A stretch of 64,000 bases of DNA from Octopus vulgaris (GCA_951406725.2 OX597837.1:18290001-18354000), one strand, 5' to 3'. Positions 38,661 through 52,779 are shown, counted from the stretch's first letter. Translations and numbers: made by a program. Notes: generated from the sequence alone by a model not told the origin.

Positions 38661-40959
38661 TCATGCACAGAATGAGAAACAAATTCTATAAACACCAAAA
38701 GACAATACATATAATGTGTGTCTGTATATTCAATACTATCTATTCTCTTCCACTGGACAGACAAACCTCCCACATCAAATATGGCCAAAACTGACACAAT
38801 TTTCTTCCTGTTTGCTCAACTACCATATCAGACTAGGGACCACCACTCACTACATCCACTTCTGGCTCTATCTCTATCTGTCACTCTCTTTAAGAAATAA
38901 CCGACCCTCTCCTTCCCTCCAGATCTTCTATCTATATTGTACCTGATACTCACTGCCTTGTACCTGAGAGTTCACTCTGACACCCCATCACTATCATCTT
39001 TATCTCCTTTCCAGCTACTCTCACCTCTCACATAATGTTGGGTAGCCATGTATTTCCTTTATAGTAAAACACCTGTTCTTGTCCTGCTGTCATACCTCTC
39101 AACACCTGACATAAAACCAGTTCCCCACTCTCTCTCTCTTTCTCTCTCAAATACACCTTCATGCAGTTGAGAAGGCTTTTTCCTTTTCCTTTCTTTTCTT
39201 TATCTTGCAAGTTACTTGGCCACCTCACCCACTAGTACTGGTGTCACAAAAAATGCATGGAGTACACACTGACATTAGGAAGGGTATCTGTGCCAAAGCT
39301 AACATTGGGGCTTGATGCAGTTCTGCAGCTCACTGGAGCTTGTCAAACTGTCCAACCCCTGCCAGCATGGAAAATGTATGTTGAATTACGATGAAAATAA
39401 TGGTGTTTATATATATATATATATATAAGAAAGAGATTAAAAAATCCAGGCAGATATCAATAAAGCACTCAGTTTTAAATGAATTTAGTTAAGTATATCC
39501 AACAATCAGACACCAATAAATGCAAGCAGAATACACATCCAAGATGATTTATCATGTATGACAAATAGATCCAAATATTATTTAGAAGAATTTCAAGAAA
39601 TTCAGAGTATTATATTAAAAAATATAGATAGAAAAAAATCACATTTTTAATTGTTGAATTCACCATACAAAGCTGACAATTGTTTCTAATGTTTTAACAT
39701 ATTTAAAGATTGAAAATATTGAAATTAATATATCCAAAGATACATGTTAACACATTTTTAAGGTGATCCAGATTTAGTTAAATATTTCCAGTACACAAAT
39801 GCATAGAAAAAGAATGTTAAAAAGAAACATAATCTAAGGAAAACTGTTTTTATATTCAGCTCTTGGTGATGTCAGTGGCTAACAAAAGAATAAAAAATAA
39901 ACATAAGAATTTTACAACAATTAGAAACACAGAGATAATGACAATTAATTATCTATTTATTAAATATAGTAAACTTTTTTAGAAAAAACTTATGCTTATT
40001 ATATAACATATGAAAAGCAATTATAATTAAGAATTGAAATATTTAAATAATTTCTGACATTTCATTGTAAGATTCCCATTAAAATTTAATAAAATTAATT
40101 TAGAAGTATTTATATAATGCATTTCTTCAAGGTAAAGATCACATGTAGAATTTCCAATATTGTATGATGGTATGTAACTAATAATGGACCACTTTAAATC
40201 ATACTTCATGTTTTTATCTTTTAAATCCCAAATACTTTTACAAAGATTTGTAGAATTACCTTTTCTTTTATACTTAAATGAATCAGAATGATTGCGAAAT
40301 CTAGATTTCTAAATTGCAGCAGATGAACCTATGTAATAATACTTATGATCCCCTGTTATTACTTTACATTGATAAACTACTTTTCCTTAAACACTGATTT
40401 TCTATCAGACAAACAATTTTGTTTTTGAAATTACACAGGCATTTATTCACTTTTATTTGGTACTCATGGTTAAAAGAATTCCTATTAGTCCTCCTCTCAG
40501 AATATTACATGGTATAATACACCATTCACCTACTCAATAGTTACCAATATTCTTCAAAAATTCTTTGCTGCACCAGGTATTCCCCACCTTCAAATAAATA
40601 TGGGAAATTATTTAATCACCATATTATAAAATTTTTGTATTCAACCACTAGAAATTTAGCTGAGATTATAGCAGCACATAATAAACAGAGAATTAGGGAA
40701 TATCTTAACTCAAAATCTATAAAAGCTAAGGAGCTAGAAACATCGATATCCGGGAATCCTGATAGATATTGACACTGAACAGACAGGGTGTTTTTATATC
40801 TTTCGAACATAAGAAAAAATTTACTCTACAGTAAGTGCAGGGAATTTGCCTTTTAGCAGTTGAAATATGTCACAAACATATTTTAAATAAACTAAACTTT
40901 GCATGCATATATATATATAGAGAGAGAGAGAGACAGACAGACAGACATATTGGTAATTA

Positions 40960-41652
40960 AGGACCTCTCCCTCAGTGAAAGGCGGATTGTATGATGCTTG
41001 TGTATATACAGCTATGCTACAGAGCAGTGAAACATGGGTTGTGACTAGAGAGGACTTGTGAAGACTTGAAAGAAATGAAGTGACCATGCTCAGCTGGGTG
41101 AGTAATGTCAGTGTACACATACAACAGTGTAAATGATGTAAGGGGAAAACTGGGTAGAAGAGGCATCAGATGTTGTGTGCAAGAGAGAAGACTGCACTGG
41201 TTTGGTCATGTGATGCGTATGGATGAGGACAGCTGTTTAAAGAAGTATCAATCTTTAATTGTGGAGGGAACAAAGGACCGGGACTTGTGGTGATTTGCTG
41301 TATTTGAGAAGACACGTCAAGCTAAATAAAATCGCAGCCATCCATACATACAGACATATCCTTTATGGCCCATGCCCTACTCCCTCTCCTAGCTGAGAGG
41401 TCATTGTCTTTCAGGAGCTGGTGCCATGTAAAATGCACTCATACCTGTGCAACATAGATGCACCTTTGCCAGTGACATGTAAAAAGCATCCAGCACACTC
41501 TGTAATGTGGTTGGCATTGGGAAGGGCATCAAGCCAAGAAACCCTGCCAAAACATAATTGGAGTTTGGATGGCTATCCTGCTGGCCAGCTCCTGTCAAAT
41601 TGTCCAACTCATGCCAGCAGGGAAAATGGATATTAAATGACGATGATGATGA
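40960..41652 (+). mobile_element. Older 5'-truncated RTE fragment with 3' UTR and (GAT)n tail
   Basis: VQERRLHWFGHVMRMDED; tail gacgatgatgatgat. Confidence 0.85.
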
Positions 41653-41764
41653 TCATACATATATATAGGTGTAGGTATAGATGTGTGATTAGCCACAACT
41701 GGTGGTTGTTCAATTCAGTAGAGCAACAATCATAAAAATGTAAGCAAATAAAAGATACATGTAT

Positions 41765-42185
41765 ACCGGGTGTTAAGCTAAATTTGAAAATTTCTTTATG
41801 TCACCTTTCTTCATAAACAGCTTGATGGGAACAGTCAACATGTTGGAGAGCATAAAGATTAAAGCTGTAGTTGGGAAAAAGTTAGCTGACATGAAGGACT
41901 GGAAGCTATCTGAATATCGAAGAATTGTTACCTGTATCATGATGATTCATGCTGGATATCAAAATGCCAACACCATTGCTGCTCAATGCTGTGTGAATAC
42001 CATAAAGACTGTAAGAAACGACATGGACAGCAGCAATAGAGACTATGAAGCTGTGGCAAGCAAGAAGGGACACAGCAGTCATTCTGGCTGTGTCTGCATA
42101 TTGGAACTCATCCTCACGTTCTTGAACAGGACAAAGACGAATGAACTTGATGCACAAAAGCTTTGTCACTGTCACCCATCAGGAT
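41765..42185 (+). mobile_element. Tc1/mariner (maT-like) 5' fragment with TIR and transposase N-terminus
   Basis: ta-ccgggtg..gctaaattt terminus similar to 6128; MKDWKLSEYRR..IMMIHAG HTH-like ORF. Confidence 0.55.
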
Positions 42186-42280
42186 TGGTTTGGTAGCCAC
42201 ATAAGAAATATTTGGTTGCAAATAAGTGGATAAACAAGAGGAGACAACACTCAATCATCAGATTCACACATTCTGCAGCA

Positions 42281-43089
42281 CAAGGTGTCTGACAGTTTGT
42301 ATATAAAGAAAAGAAAACAATATTCCATCCAAAAATAAATCTAAAAATGTCAACTAGATTATGGCTGGAAGATAAAAATTTACTCAAAATAGCCACCCTC
42401 AGCTTCCACCATGGCCTTGATACTGCTCCAGAACCTGGTGCATGTGTTCTTCACTGTGTCGCTGAGAAGATCTTCAAACACCTCCTTGATTTCGCCATCT
42501 CGATCTTGATGTTGTAGGTAGAGTGGTTAGTGTCTTTCTCAACTGTATCCCACACATAGTAACCTATGGGATTACAATCGGTGTGGGAGGGATTACGAGG
42601 CCTGAAATTGGGGCTAGTGAAGTCATAGAAATTCTCCAACAACTACTTCTGACCCTTTCCAGATGAATCCTGATGCCACACATGACCTTCCTACAGCAAC
42701 CCTATCCAGCCAGGATTTGATCAGTCTCCAGTAGCTTCACAGTCATTTGAATTGAGCCTAAGGTCTTGTTCAAGGATGTGGGATTGATTTCTGGCACGTG
42801 GACACAGCACAATGTCTTCGAGTGACATTTTTAACGAACTCCTTTCTTTTTCAGTTATTTGTTTAAATGATTTGAGATTGCTGTGCTTTTGTTTTGAGAA
42901 TTTTGCTGTTTCTGGGAATCATAACATCAACAAGAACCTTACTGGAACAAGTTTAATGCATACAGCTTCTTTTATTAATGTATATTCACTGAACTGTTTC
43001 TTTGTTCATTACTAGTACTTATGCTATCAACCTTCAGCTCAAAAACAAAGAATAAATAATACTAACACAAATATCTAATCTTACCCTGT
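42281..43089 (-). mobile_element. Internally deleted maT/DD37D-like DNA transposon
   Basis: DCNPIGYYVW motif; high similarity to 6128-6620; accctg-ta terminus at about 43083-43090. Confidence 0.65.
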
Positions 43090-43920
43090 ACAATCTCTTC
43101 ACCCTCTCAGCTCTGTAAAGTTAAATATTTTGATCTAGTAAGATCAAAATTTGTATGAGTACACGTATGAGCATTTACTTACACGAAACTTGTGATATGA
43201 ATTAACAAAAGAGCCTCCACATAGTTGTTTAACTTGCTAAGATAGCAGTGGAATCTCCTTGAAATAATACATTTGAAAGCAAGGATAACTCCCACCTTCC
43301 TTCTATTTTAGTGTTGGTAGCCCTGAAAATGGTTTTGGGTGTTGTCCTGTCTTGAACTAAGTTATATATATATATAAAATAATGCTAATAGTGGGGGATT
43401 ATCAATCCGGGCAAAATACTTTATAAGCTCTGTTGGCATGCCAGGCTAACTGTATTGTTTAGATTAGTGAAGAACTCCAAATACTCTGATTGTATCATGA
43501 ACCATATGCTAATGAATTTAAGCAGACTGCTTTAATATTCCTGAGAGAATATACTCCTGGGAATTTGAAGCTAGGTAGACTGGAGTCATCCATTTTGAGC
43601 ACATTAATATTCTATCTTCCCCCATTCTATTCAATCACCTTACCAACAACCAACTGCCTATCACTGTCTCTCTTCCTGCGTCTATCACTTTCTCTCATCA
43701 TACTCACACTCTCTCTCTTCTTTCTATCTTAGTTTTCTCTCTATTCATCCTTTTGGGCACATTACTTTGACCAAATTGAGACAACCCAGAATAATGAAAG
43801 GTCTTTAGAGCTGATGCCTTGATAAAATGTATGCTTACATTGAGTCTCTCACCCAACATGCTCTTGTTAAGTTACCATCTACTGCTCTCCATTCTCTTCA
43901 TATCTGTAGTATAAAAATAT

Positions 43921-44115
43921 TTAACCCTTGAGCATTCAGATTTGTCAAATGTATTGCTTATTTTTTTGTTTTGAATTAATCATGCATTATCTCATAGCTT
44001 TGAGATTTTGATAATGCAATTGTATATCATTAAAATGATATAGCAGGATGCAAAATCTGGCCAGTTTGAGCAGGTCGAATATTTTGGCTGGACATAGCCA
44101 GTTTGAATATTAAAT
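43921..44115. mobile_element. piggyBac-like MITE remnant
   Basis: Starts TTAA-ccct; a matching agggTTAA-type end is seen on another relic at about 30364-30371. Confidence 0.4.
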
Positions 44116-44149
44116 TTAATGAACATAAACCAACAATGGACCATAACGA

Positions 44150-45849
44150 GAGGCAACGAGTACAGTGAAGAATTCCAGGTAGAGGTTGGGGTCCACCAAG
44201 GTTCAGTCCTCAGTCCCCTCCTATTTATCATAGTCCTCCAGGCAATAACGGAGGAATTCAAGACAGGATGCCCCTGGGAGCTCCTCTATGCTGATGACAT
44301 TGCTCTAATTGCTGAGTCACTATCAGAACTGGAGGAGAAGTTTCAGGTGTGGAAGCAAGGTTTAGAATCGAAGGGCCTTAGAATCAACCTAGCCAAAACC
44401 AAAGTCCTAATAAGTAGGAAGGTAGACCAATCACAAACGCCTTCAGGTAGAAACTCTATAAGGTGCACCAAGTGTAAGCTATGGACACATAAGAGGTGCA
44501 GCAATGTCAAAGGAAGGCTAACTAGGAAAATTGTTTTTGTCTGTGGCAGATGCTCAGGAGCAATAAACACTGAAAATGTGCAGAGACCAACTTCTACCAC
44601 ATTCCAGGAAGAAAAAGTAGAAGTAGTTGATAGCTTCCGCTACCTAGGTGACTAAGTCAGTAGTGGGGGGGGGGGTGCTGAAAGTGTAACTGCTAGAGTA
44701 AGAATAGCCTGGGCAAAGTTTAGAGAGCTCTTACCTCTGCTGGTGACAAAAGGCCTCTCGCTCAGAGTAAAAGGCAGACTGTATGATGCATGTGTACGTA
44801 CAGCCATGCTACATGGTAGTGAAACATGGGCCGTGACTGCTGAGGATATGCGTAAGCTCGCAAGAAATGAAGCCAGTATGCTCCGATGGATGTGTAATGT
44901 CAGTGTTCATAATCGACAGAGTGTAAGTACCTTGAGAGAAAAGTTGGACCTAAGAAGCATCAGTTGTGGTGTGCAAGAGAGACGTTTGCGCTGGTATGGT
45001 CATGTGACGAGAATGGCTGAAGATAGTTGTGTGCAAAAGTGCCACACCCTAGCAGTTGAGGGAACCTGTGGAAGAGGTAGACCCAGGAAAACCTGGGACG
45101 AAGTAGTGAAGCACGACCTTTGAACTTTAGGTCTCACCAAGGAAATGACTAGAGACCGAGACCTATGGAAGTATGCTGCGCGTGAGAAGACCCGGCAAGA
45201 CTAGTGAGACCATAACCCGTGGCCTCTACCTGGTATGTAGCCAGTCAACTTATACATACCTTTCCTTCTTGGGACACAAAACTCCACTTGTGAAGACTCG
45301 TTGAGGCAAGTGAAAATCAAAAATCAAAATCAAAATCAAACCAAATCAAATCAGATATCAGAAAGCAGAACCAAAATCGAAGTCGATCAACATCAATGGA
45401 AATTGCAGCTGTGATACCAGTGCCGGTGACAAGTAAGCGAACCATCCGATCGTGGCCGTTGCCAGCACCGCCCCGACTGGCCTCCATGCCGGTGGCACAT
45501 AAAAAGCACCATCCATTCGTGGCCGTTGCCAGCCTCGCCTGGCACGTAAAAAGCACCATCCTATCATGGCCGTTGCCAGCCTCGCCTGGCCCCCGTGCCG
45601 GTGGCACGTAAAAAGCACCATCCGTCCGTGAGCGTTTGCCAGCTCCGTCCGGCACCTGTGCGGGTGGCACGTAAAAAGCACCCACTACACTCACGGAGTG
45701 GTTGGCGTTAGGAAGGGCATCCAGCCGTAGAAACCCTGCCAGATAAGACTGGGCCTGATGCAGCCTTCTGGCTTCACAGACCCCAGTTGAACCGTCCAAC
45801 CCATGCTAGCATGGAAAAGCAGACATTAAATGATGAGGATGATGATGAT
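44150..45849 (+). mobile_element. 5'-truncated RTE LINE with complete 3' UTR (tandem ~55-bp modules) and (GAT)n tail
   Basis: GVHQGSVLSPLLF, ELLYADD, FRYLG, RGRPRKTW; repeated ggtggcacgtaaaaagcacc; tail at about 45831-45849. Confidence 0.93.
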
Positions 45850-46269
45850 AACTTAAGATTACTAACAATTAAAAAGGGAATAACAAGGCAATGGCAGATG
45901 AGTATGTTGAAAAGAATTCCTTTTTCTCTTTAACCAATAATTTGGTAAAGTAATTAAACTAATACAAAGGGATAAGTTTGTTAGGATTCATCTCATTAAA
46001 TAACTTAAGTTCAAGAATTTGACAATACATAAATATATGTACAAAAATAAATACAATTCACTTTAAAGATCAGAAAAGTAAATAACTTCAGATCAATTAG
46101 GTAAGATAATTGCTGAGAATATACTAATGATATTTTTTATAGAGAAGATTCCCAGTATTTTGTATTGTTCTCCATTTCCCATTTCTGAATGTCTAACAAT
46201 GATTAGTTTCTCTAATATTTTTAAATATAAAAATTTCTCCTTGATCTCCAAACAGAGTCTTAAGAGTTT

Positions 46270-46772
46270 GTTGTCCACAGTTTTCAAACTGTTGTAAGGT
46301 ATATAATGTAAAAATGTCCAAGTGCAAATTCTTCCTGAAGGGAGACTGCTGGCATGGCGACAATGGTGCAAACTGTTGTTTTGCACATCAGAAGCCCTGC
46401 CAAAACTGCATGGACACAAGACAAAAATCCCTCCCTCAGGGAGAACAAAAAGAAAAAGAAAAATATCAAAGAAGGAAAAATGGCACACTGACTACTCCTG
46501 AAAGACGATATGCGGATGTAGTACGCAGTCCAAAAAAGATACTGGATAGCTCAACGAATGGACAGCTTCACCCAGATGTGAGAAGGGCAGCAGCTGAACA
46601 GCAATCTTTTTAGTGTATGGTACAAAAAATTGTCCAACAGCTGACCTGGCTACAAACACAAAGCTGGAACTACTACCATATAAGGCCACCACCAACAGAT
46701 GCAGGATGGCCACCACAAAAATATTTCTACTGAACATAGGAGGGCTGCTGCGCGGCAACTGTAAAAGGAAAA

Positions 46773-46775
<3 letters not shown>
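46270..46775 (+). mobile_element. 5' fragment of a CR1-like LINE: ORF1 with a CCCH-type finger and the start of ORF2
   Basis: CKFFLKGDCWHGDNGANCCFAH in 46314-46613. The next [21 protein letters not shown] matches the ORF2 start at window position 10. Confidence 0.75.
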
Positions 46776-47408
<633 letters not shown>

Positions 47409-47476
47409 AATTAGTAATGCAATACGAGAGTATTGCTTCCCAGTAAAGAATAGCCCGTGAGGGAAAATTATACATA

Positions 47477-47758
47477 GAAGTAAATATATGGCACAACAAA
47501 GTACTGATATTTACTGGAAATAGCGAACGTAATAATACGACACTAATGTATAGCTTCACTGCGTATGTACTAGCAAAAATGCGTGAGTGCAACAAACTAG
47601 AAAAAATTGTGTTACCTCCAGGGACAATTTTTTTCAAGTTTGTTGCACTCACGCATTTTTGCTAGTACATACGCGGTGAAGCTATACATTAGCGTCGTAT
47701 TATTACGTTCGCTATTTCCAGTAAATATCGGTACTTCGTTGTGCCATATATTTACTTC
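47477..47758. repeat. Long near-perfect inverted repeat (134/135-bp arms, 13-nt spacer)
   Basis: 47477-47610 is the reverse complement of 47624-47758 with 5 substitutions and 1 indel; spacer gttacctccaggg. Confidence 0.95.
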
Positions 47759-47760
47759 AT

Positions 47761-47788
<28 letters not shown>

Positions 47789-47791
<3 letters not shown>

Positions 47792-50603
47792 CTGCTTATA
47801 AATGCCAAAACCTTTCCAGGCGAAGAATGTACTCCTCAACATAGATTAGTAGTTAGCGACTTCAGGATCAGAGCTAAATGGTTGCCCAGAAGAAGACCAG
47901 CTTGGAGGAGAAGGGTCTGGAAGCTTAAAGATCCTGCAAATTGACAGATTTAGAGACATACTACTCGAAGCCTTTGACGAAATAGAATGGGATATAGCTT
48001 CACTTAATGTGGAAGACAACTGGAGATTTCTACGGGACAATCTGCTACAGCCACTGACCAGATCTGTGGATGGAGCAAAGTACCATCTCGACCCAGAGTA
48101 ACATGGTGGTGGAACACTGTGGTTGACAGGGCTATTAGACAAAAGAGACAGGCTTGGAAGGACTGGAAGAACGGTGGTAGCAGGGAATTGTATCAGACAG
48201 CCAGAAGGGAAGCTAGGAGACAGGTTTATTTAGCCAGAGGGGAAGCGGATAAGAAAAAATTTGCCAATGTTCTGAACCGTGAGGATGAAAGACTTGAGGT
48301 ATTTCGTGTTGCAAGACAGTGTGTGAGAGAGAATCGTGATGTGGTAGGAGAGAAGTATGTTCGCATGGATGATGGTTCACTTGCGCTAAATGAGGATGCA
48401 AAGAGAGGTTTGGAGATGCCACTATGAAAGGTTGCTGAATAAAGAAAATGAATGGGATAAAGAGAGTCTGCCGAATGTCAACCCAACAGAGGGACCAGCC
48501 ATCCGAATTGAAAATTCTTTGGTAGTTAAAGCAATTAGAAGCATGAAGACAAGGAAAGCCCCAGGCCCATCAGGAATTACTGCTGAGATGCTCAAAATAT
48601 CTGGCAGTGTCGGCTATACCCTAGTCACCCGTATAGTCAACCAGGTGATACACGAAGGAGTCATACCCAATGACTGCTACAAAGGTAAAGGTGATGCCCT
48701 AGATACAAATAATTACAGAGGTATCAAGCTATTGGATCAGGTAATGAAGGTTACGGAGAGGGTCATAGCCCAACTAATTAGAGAGAGAGTTAGTTTAGAT
48801 GAGATGCAGTTTGGGTTCGTGCCAGGGAAAAGTACCACTGATGCTATATTCCTGGTAAGGCAGCTGCAGGAGAAATACCTAGCCAAAGATAAGCCCCTGT
48901 ACCTGGCTTTTGTTGACATGGAGAAAGCCTTTGATAGGGTTCCCCGATCCCTTATCTGGTGGTCAATGAGGAAACTAGGGATAGATGAATGGCTGGTGAG
49001 GGCTGTGCAAGCCATGTACAGAGATGCTGTAAGTAAGGTTAGTGTTGGCAACATGTACACAGAAGAATTCAAAATAGAGGTTGGGGTCCACCAGGGTTCA
49101 GTACTCAGCCCCTCCTATTTATCATAGTCCTCCAGGCAATTATGGAGGAATTCAAGACAGGTTGCCCCTGGGAGCTCCTCTGTGCTGACGACCTTGCTCT
49201 AATTGCTGAGTCACTATCAGAACTGGAGAAGTTCCAGGTGTGGAAGGAGGGTTTAGAATCGAGGGGCCTTAGAGTCAACCTAGCTAAAACCAAAGTACTA
49301 ATAAGTAGAAAGGTAGACAATCCACAAATATCCTCAGGAAGATGGCCCTGCTTGATCTGTAGAAACTCTATAAGATGTACCCAGTGTAAGCTAAAGACAC
49401 ATAAGAGGTGCAGCAATGTCAAAGGTAGGCTAACTGGGAAGATAGTTTTTGTATGTGGCAGATGCTCGGGAGCATTAACCTCTGAAAATCTGCAGAAAAC
49501 AACTTCCGTCACTTTCCAGGGGGAAAAAATAGAAGTAGTTGATAGCTTCCGTTATCTAGGTGACCAAGTCAGTAGTGGGGGTGGGTGCGCTGAAAGTGTA
49601 ACTGCTAGAATAAGAATAGTCTGGGCAAAGTTTAGGGAGCTCTTACCTCTGCTGGTGACTAAAGGCCTCTCGCTCAGAGTAAAAGGCAGACTGTATGATG
49701 CATGTGTACGAACAGCCATGCTACATGGCAGTGAAACATGGGCCGTGACTGCTGATGACATGCGTAAGCTCGTGAGGAATGAAGCCAGTATGCTCCGATG
49801 GATGTGTAATGTCAGTGTACATACTCGACAGAGCGTTAGTACCTTGAGAGAAATGTTATACCTAAGAAGCATCAGTTGTGGTGTGCAAGAAAGACGATTG
49901 CGCTGGTATGGTCATGTGGCAAGAATGGATGAAGATAGGTGTGTGAGAAAGTGCCAATCCCTAGCAGTTGAGGGAACCCGTGGAAGAGGTAGACCCAGGA
50001 AAACCTGGGACGAGGTGGTGAAGCACGACCTTCGAACTTTAGGCCTCACTGAGGAAATGACCAGCGACCAAGACTTTTGGAAATAGGCAGAACAAGTGAG
50101 CCCAGCCCACTTATGCATGCCTTTCCTCCCTTGGACACAAAGACCTGTTGAGGCAAGCGAAGTCGATATAGAACCTCATCCGATGACAGGCACCCATGCC
50201 AACCCCCTTTGCTTGCGAAGACATGTTGGGGCAAGCGAAAGCGAAATCGAAATCGAATTGAACCAGCCAGGACCTCTGGACTGGTGGTACGTAGAAAGCA
50301 CTATCCGACTCGTGGCCGATGCCAGCGCCGCCTCAATTGGCTTCCGTGCCGGTGGCATATAAAATGCACCAAACCGACCGTGGCCGTTGCCAGCCTCGCC
50401 TGGCACCTGTGCAGGTGGCACGTAAAAAGCACCCACTACACTCACGGAGTGGTTGGTGTTAGGACGGGCATCCAGCTGTAGAAACATTGCCAGATAAGAC
50501 TGGAGCCTGGTGCAGCTTTCTGGCTTCCCAGATGTCCGGTCGAACCGTCCAACCCATGCTAGCATGGAGAACGGACGTTAAACGATGATGATGATGATGA
50601 TGA
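47789..50603 (+). mobile_element. 5'-truncated RTE LINE (end of endonuclease, RT, PHD finger, 3' UTR, (GAT)n tail)
   Basis: Closely similar to 27890-30140; APGPSG, QFGFVPGKSTTDAIF, CADD (mutated YADD); tail at about 50584-50603. Confidence 0.93.
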
Positions 50604-50739
50604 TTACATTTATATATTTGTTGTGCAAGATTTTTTATGTGAAGTTGTGTGTTGAAACAGATATTGTTGTATTTCGGAATGGTCATTTTGCCAGTTTAGC
50701 CAATAAAAACACACGCACTATATATTTGGTGTTACTTTG

Positions 50740-51790
50740 CTTCAGTGTTATTTATTTTTTACATTAAACTTAATCTTATTTCGGCCAGAGTTCTTTCATC
50801 ACACTCCTGTGACTGCATCAGTGGTCTTTTGCTTTCTTCTTTCTTATTTGTGTGTCTCTCCTTATTGTCAGCCATTTTGTATTTCTATTGTATGTCTTCA
50901 TTTGCGCATGTGTATATCTCTGTGTGTGTCTATGTTTAGTTAGTGTGTGTGTGTGGGGGGGATGCCTGTAATATTTGTATCTTCTGTTTATATACGTTCG
51001 TGTAATTTGTTTTTGGGGTTCATGTTTACATTCACTTATTATCATTATTATTACGTATGCTTGCATGTATGTATAACAATACTAGTAATAACAATAATAA
51101 TACTAAAACATAAAAAAAAAATTTTTTTAATTAAAAACTAAAAAAAATCTTTTAAATTTAAAAAAAAACCCTATATAGTTATTTATTTCTATTTGTTTAT
51201 TTATCTGTGTATTTTATTTATTATGTTTATATTGTAACCAGTTTATGTGGATCCTCTTCTGTCATATGTTGTGGTGTGTGCTAGTGTTCCATTCCAGTTT
51301 CCTATTCAGGTTAGGTTTATCTTCTATTATGTGTGTAGCTTCCGTAATTTGTCTGATTGTTGCGTCTGTTCTATGTGTGGACAATATTTTAACCTCTATG
51401 TTGTTGATTGATCCCCTGTGTTCCTGCTCGGCGTGTTGGTATAGAATCGATGAGCTCTTTCCTTCCAATGTTCATTTATTTGCTCTCCTATGCTTCGTGC
51501 CGTTTCCCCTACGTATGTCATTGTCTTGTTACTGCATCGTCCCTCTATACATCTTATACTATAGACTACATTTCTGGCTTTACAGTTTGTTTGTAGGTTA
51601 AATCTACACACAGTACAGTACCTATCCGTACAGGGGGTTCTACCAATTATAGATTTGATAGGGTTGCCTAGCTTTTCAACAACCTTAATCCTTAGCTTAA
51701 GTTTGTCTAGGGTCCTTCTAAAGCGGTACGCCAGTTCACCTCTAAGGGTGGTGTCAACAAACATGACACTCTGGTATTTATGGCTAGCAA
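50740..51790 (-). mobile_element. Penelope-like element 3' portion (GIY-YIG endonuclease, 3' UTR, decayed hammerhead)
   Basis: PC..C..C...CKARNVVYSIRC..C...YVGETARSIGE...EH, then ILYQH...R.ITEA..I...PNLNRKLEW. Minus strand CTGATGC (50815-50821)...ggccGAAA (50779-50782). Confidence 0.85.
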
Positions 51791-51819
51791 CTACAGAATC
51801 TCCTACTTCCTCTCAATGA

Positions 51820-52468
51820 TCATACGCCCTATAATCCAGATGTCACCTGATGTTTTTGACAGCACGGAAGATCTCCTCAGCAGGATCAATGACTGTAACA
51901 ACACTTGTGACCCGAAATATTGAGTCAAGTACATCAACATCAAAATAAAAATCAAATGCATATTGTAGCTGTGATACCCATACCAGTGGCACGTTGGGCC
52001 TCACAGAGGCAATGATGAAAGACTGAGACCTGAGATATGCTGTGACTGTGAAGACCCGACAAATGAAGTGAGTTCATGGGACAGCCTACAGTGCTAACCT
52101 TGGATCGTAGGGTGACCTGTTGTGCTTGAGGAGACCTATTGAGTCAAGTACATCAACATCAAAATAAAAGTAAAATGGAAACTGTAGTCCAAACGTGGCC
52201 ATGCCAGCGCCACCTAGACTGGCATCCATGCCGGTGACATATAAAAAACACCAACCGATCGTGGCCGTTGCCAGCCTCCTCTGGCACCTGTGCCGGTGGC
52301 ACGTAAAAAGCACCCACTACACTCAGAGTGGTTGGCATTAGGAAGGGCATCCAGCAGTAGAAACACTACTAGATCAGACTGGAAATTGGTGCAGCCTCTT
52401 GGCTTCCCAGACCACGGTCGAACCGTCCAACCCAAGCATGGAAAACGGACGTTAAATGATGATGATGA
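51820..52468 (+). mobile_element. RTE 3' UTR fragment(s) with (GAT)n tail
   Basis: ggtggcacgtaaaaagcaccc...ggaagggcatccag...gatgatgatga; internal duplication of tattgagtcaagtacatcaacatcaaaataaaa. Confidence 0.85.
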
Positions 52469-52779
52469 ATCACTCCTAAACAAGCAGAATCATTGATTAT
52501 ACCCTAGAACACTATTGTAATACCATTGTAAAAACACTATCTCACAATCTACACAAACAAATATTCACAACACAATAAATGCAATATCAATGACTTTGTT
52601 AGCTCACCAAACACTTAACTAGAATGTGCACCATTAGATATAAGTGCACAAGAACAGCAACTGTCATGTTCTGAGTGAGTCTACCTTGCCTATGTCTGAT
52701 GTGGCCACTAATAATCAACATACAGAAATAAGATTGGGTGGGTAGTGCAATGTACTTTTTAAGTTCTCACTGGAGATGA

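Noticed and set aside
45420-45690. Repeat array superficially like a CRISPR array
   Set aside because: The inter-repeat segments are themselves homologous, the array lies in an RTE 3' UTR, there are no cas genes, and the context is eukaryotic.
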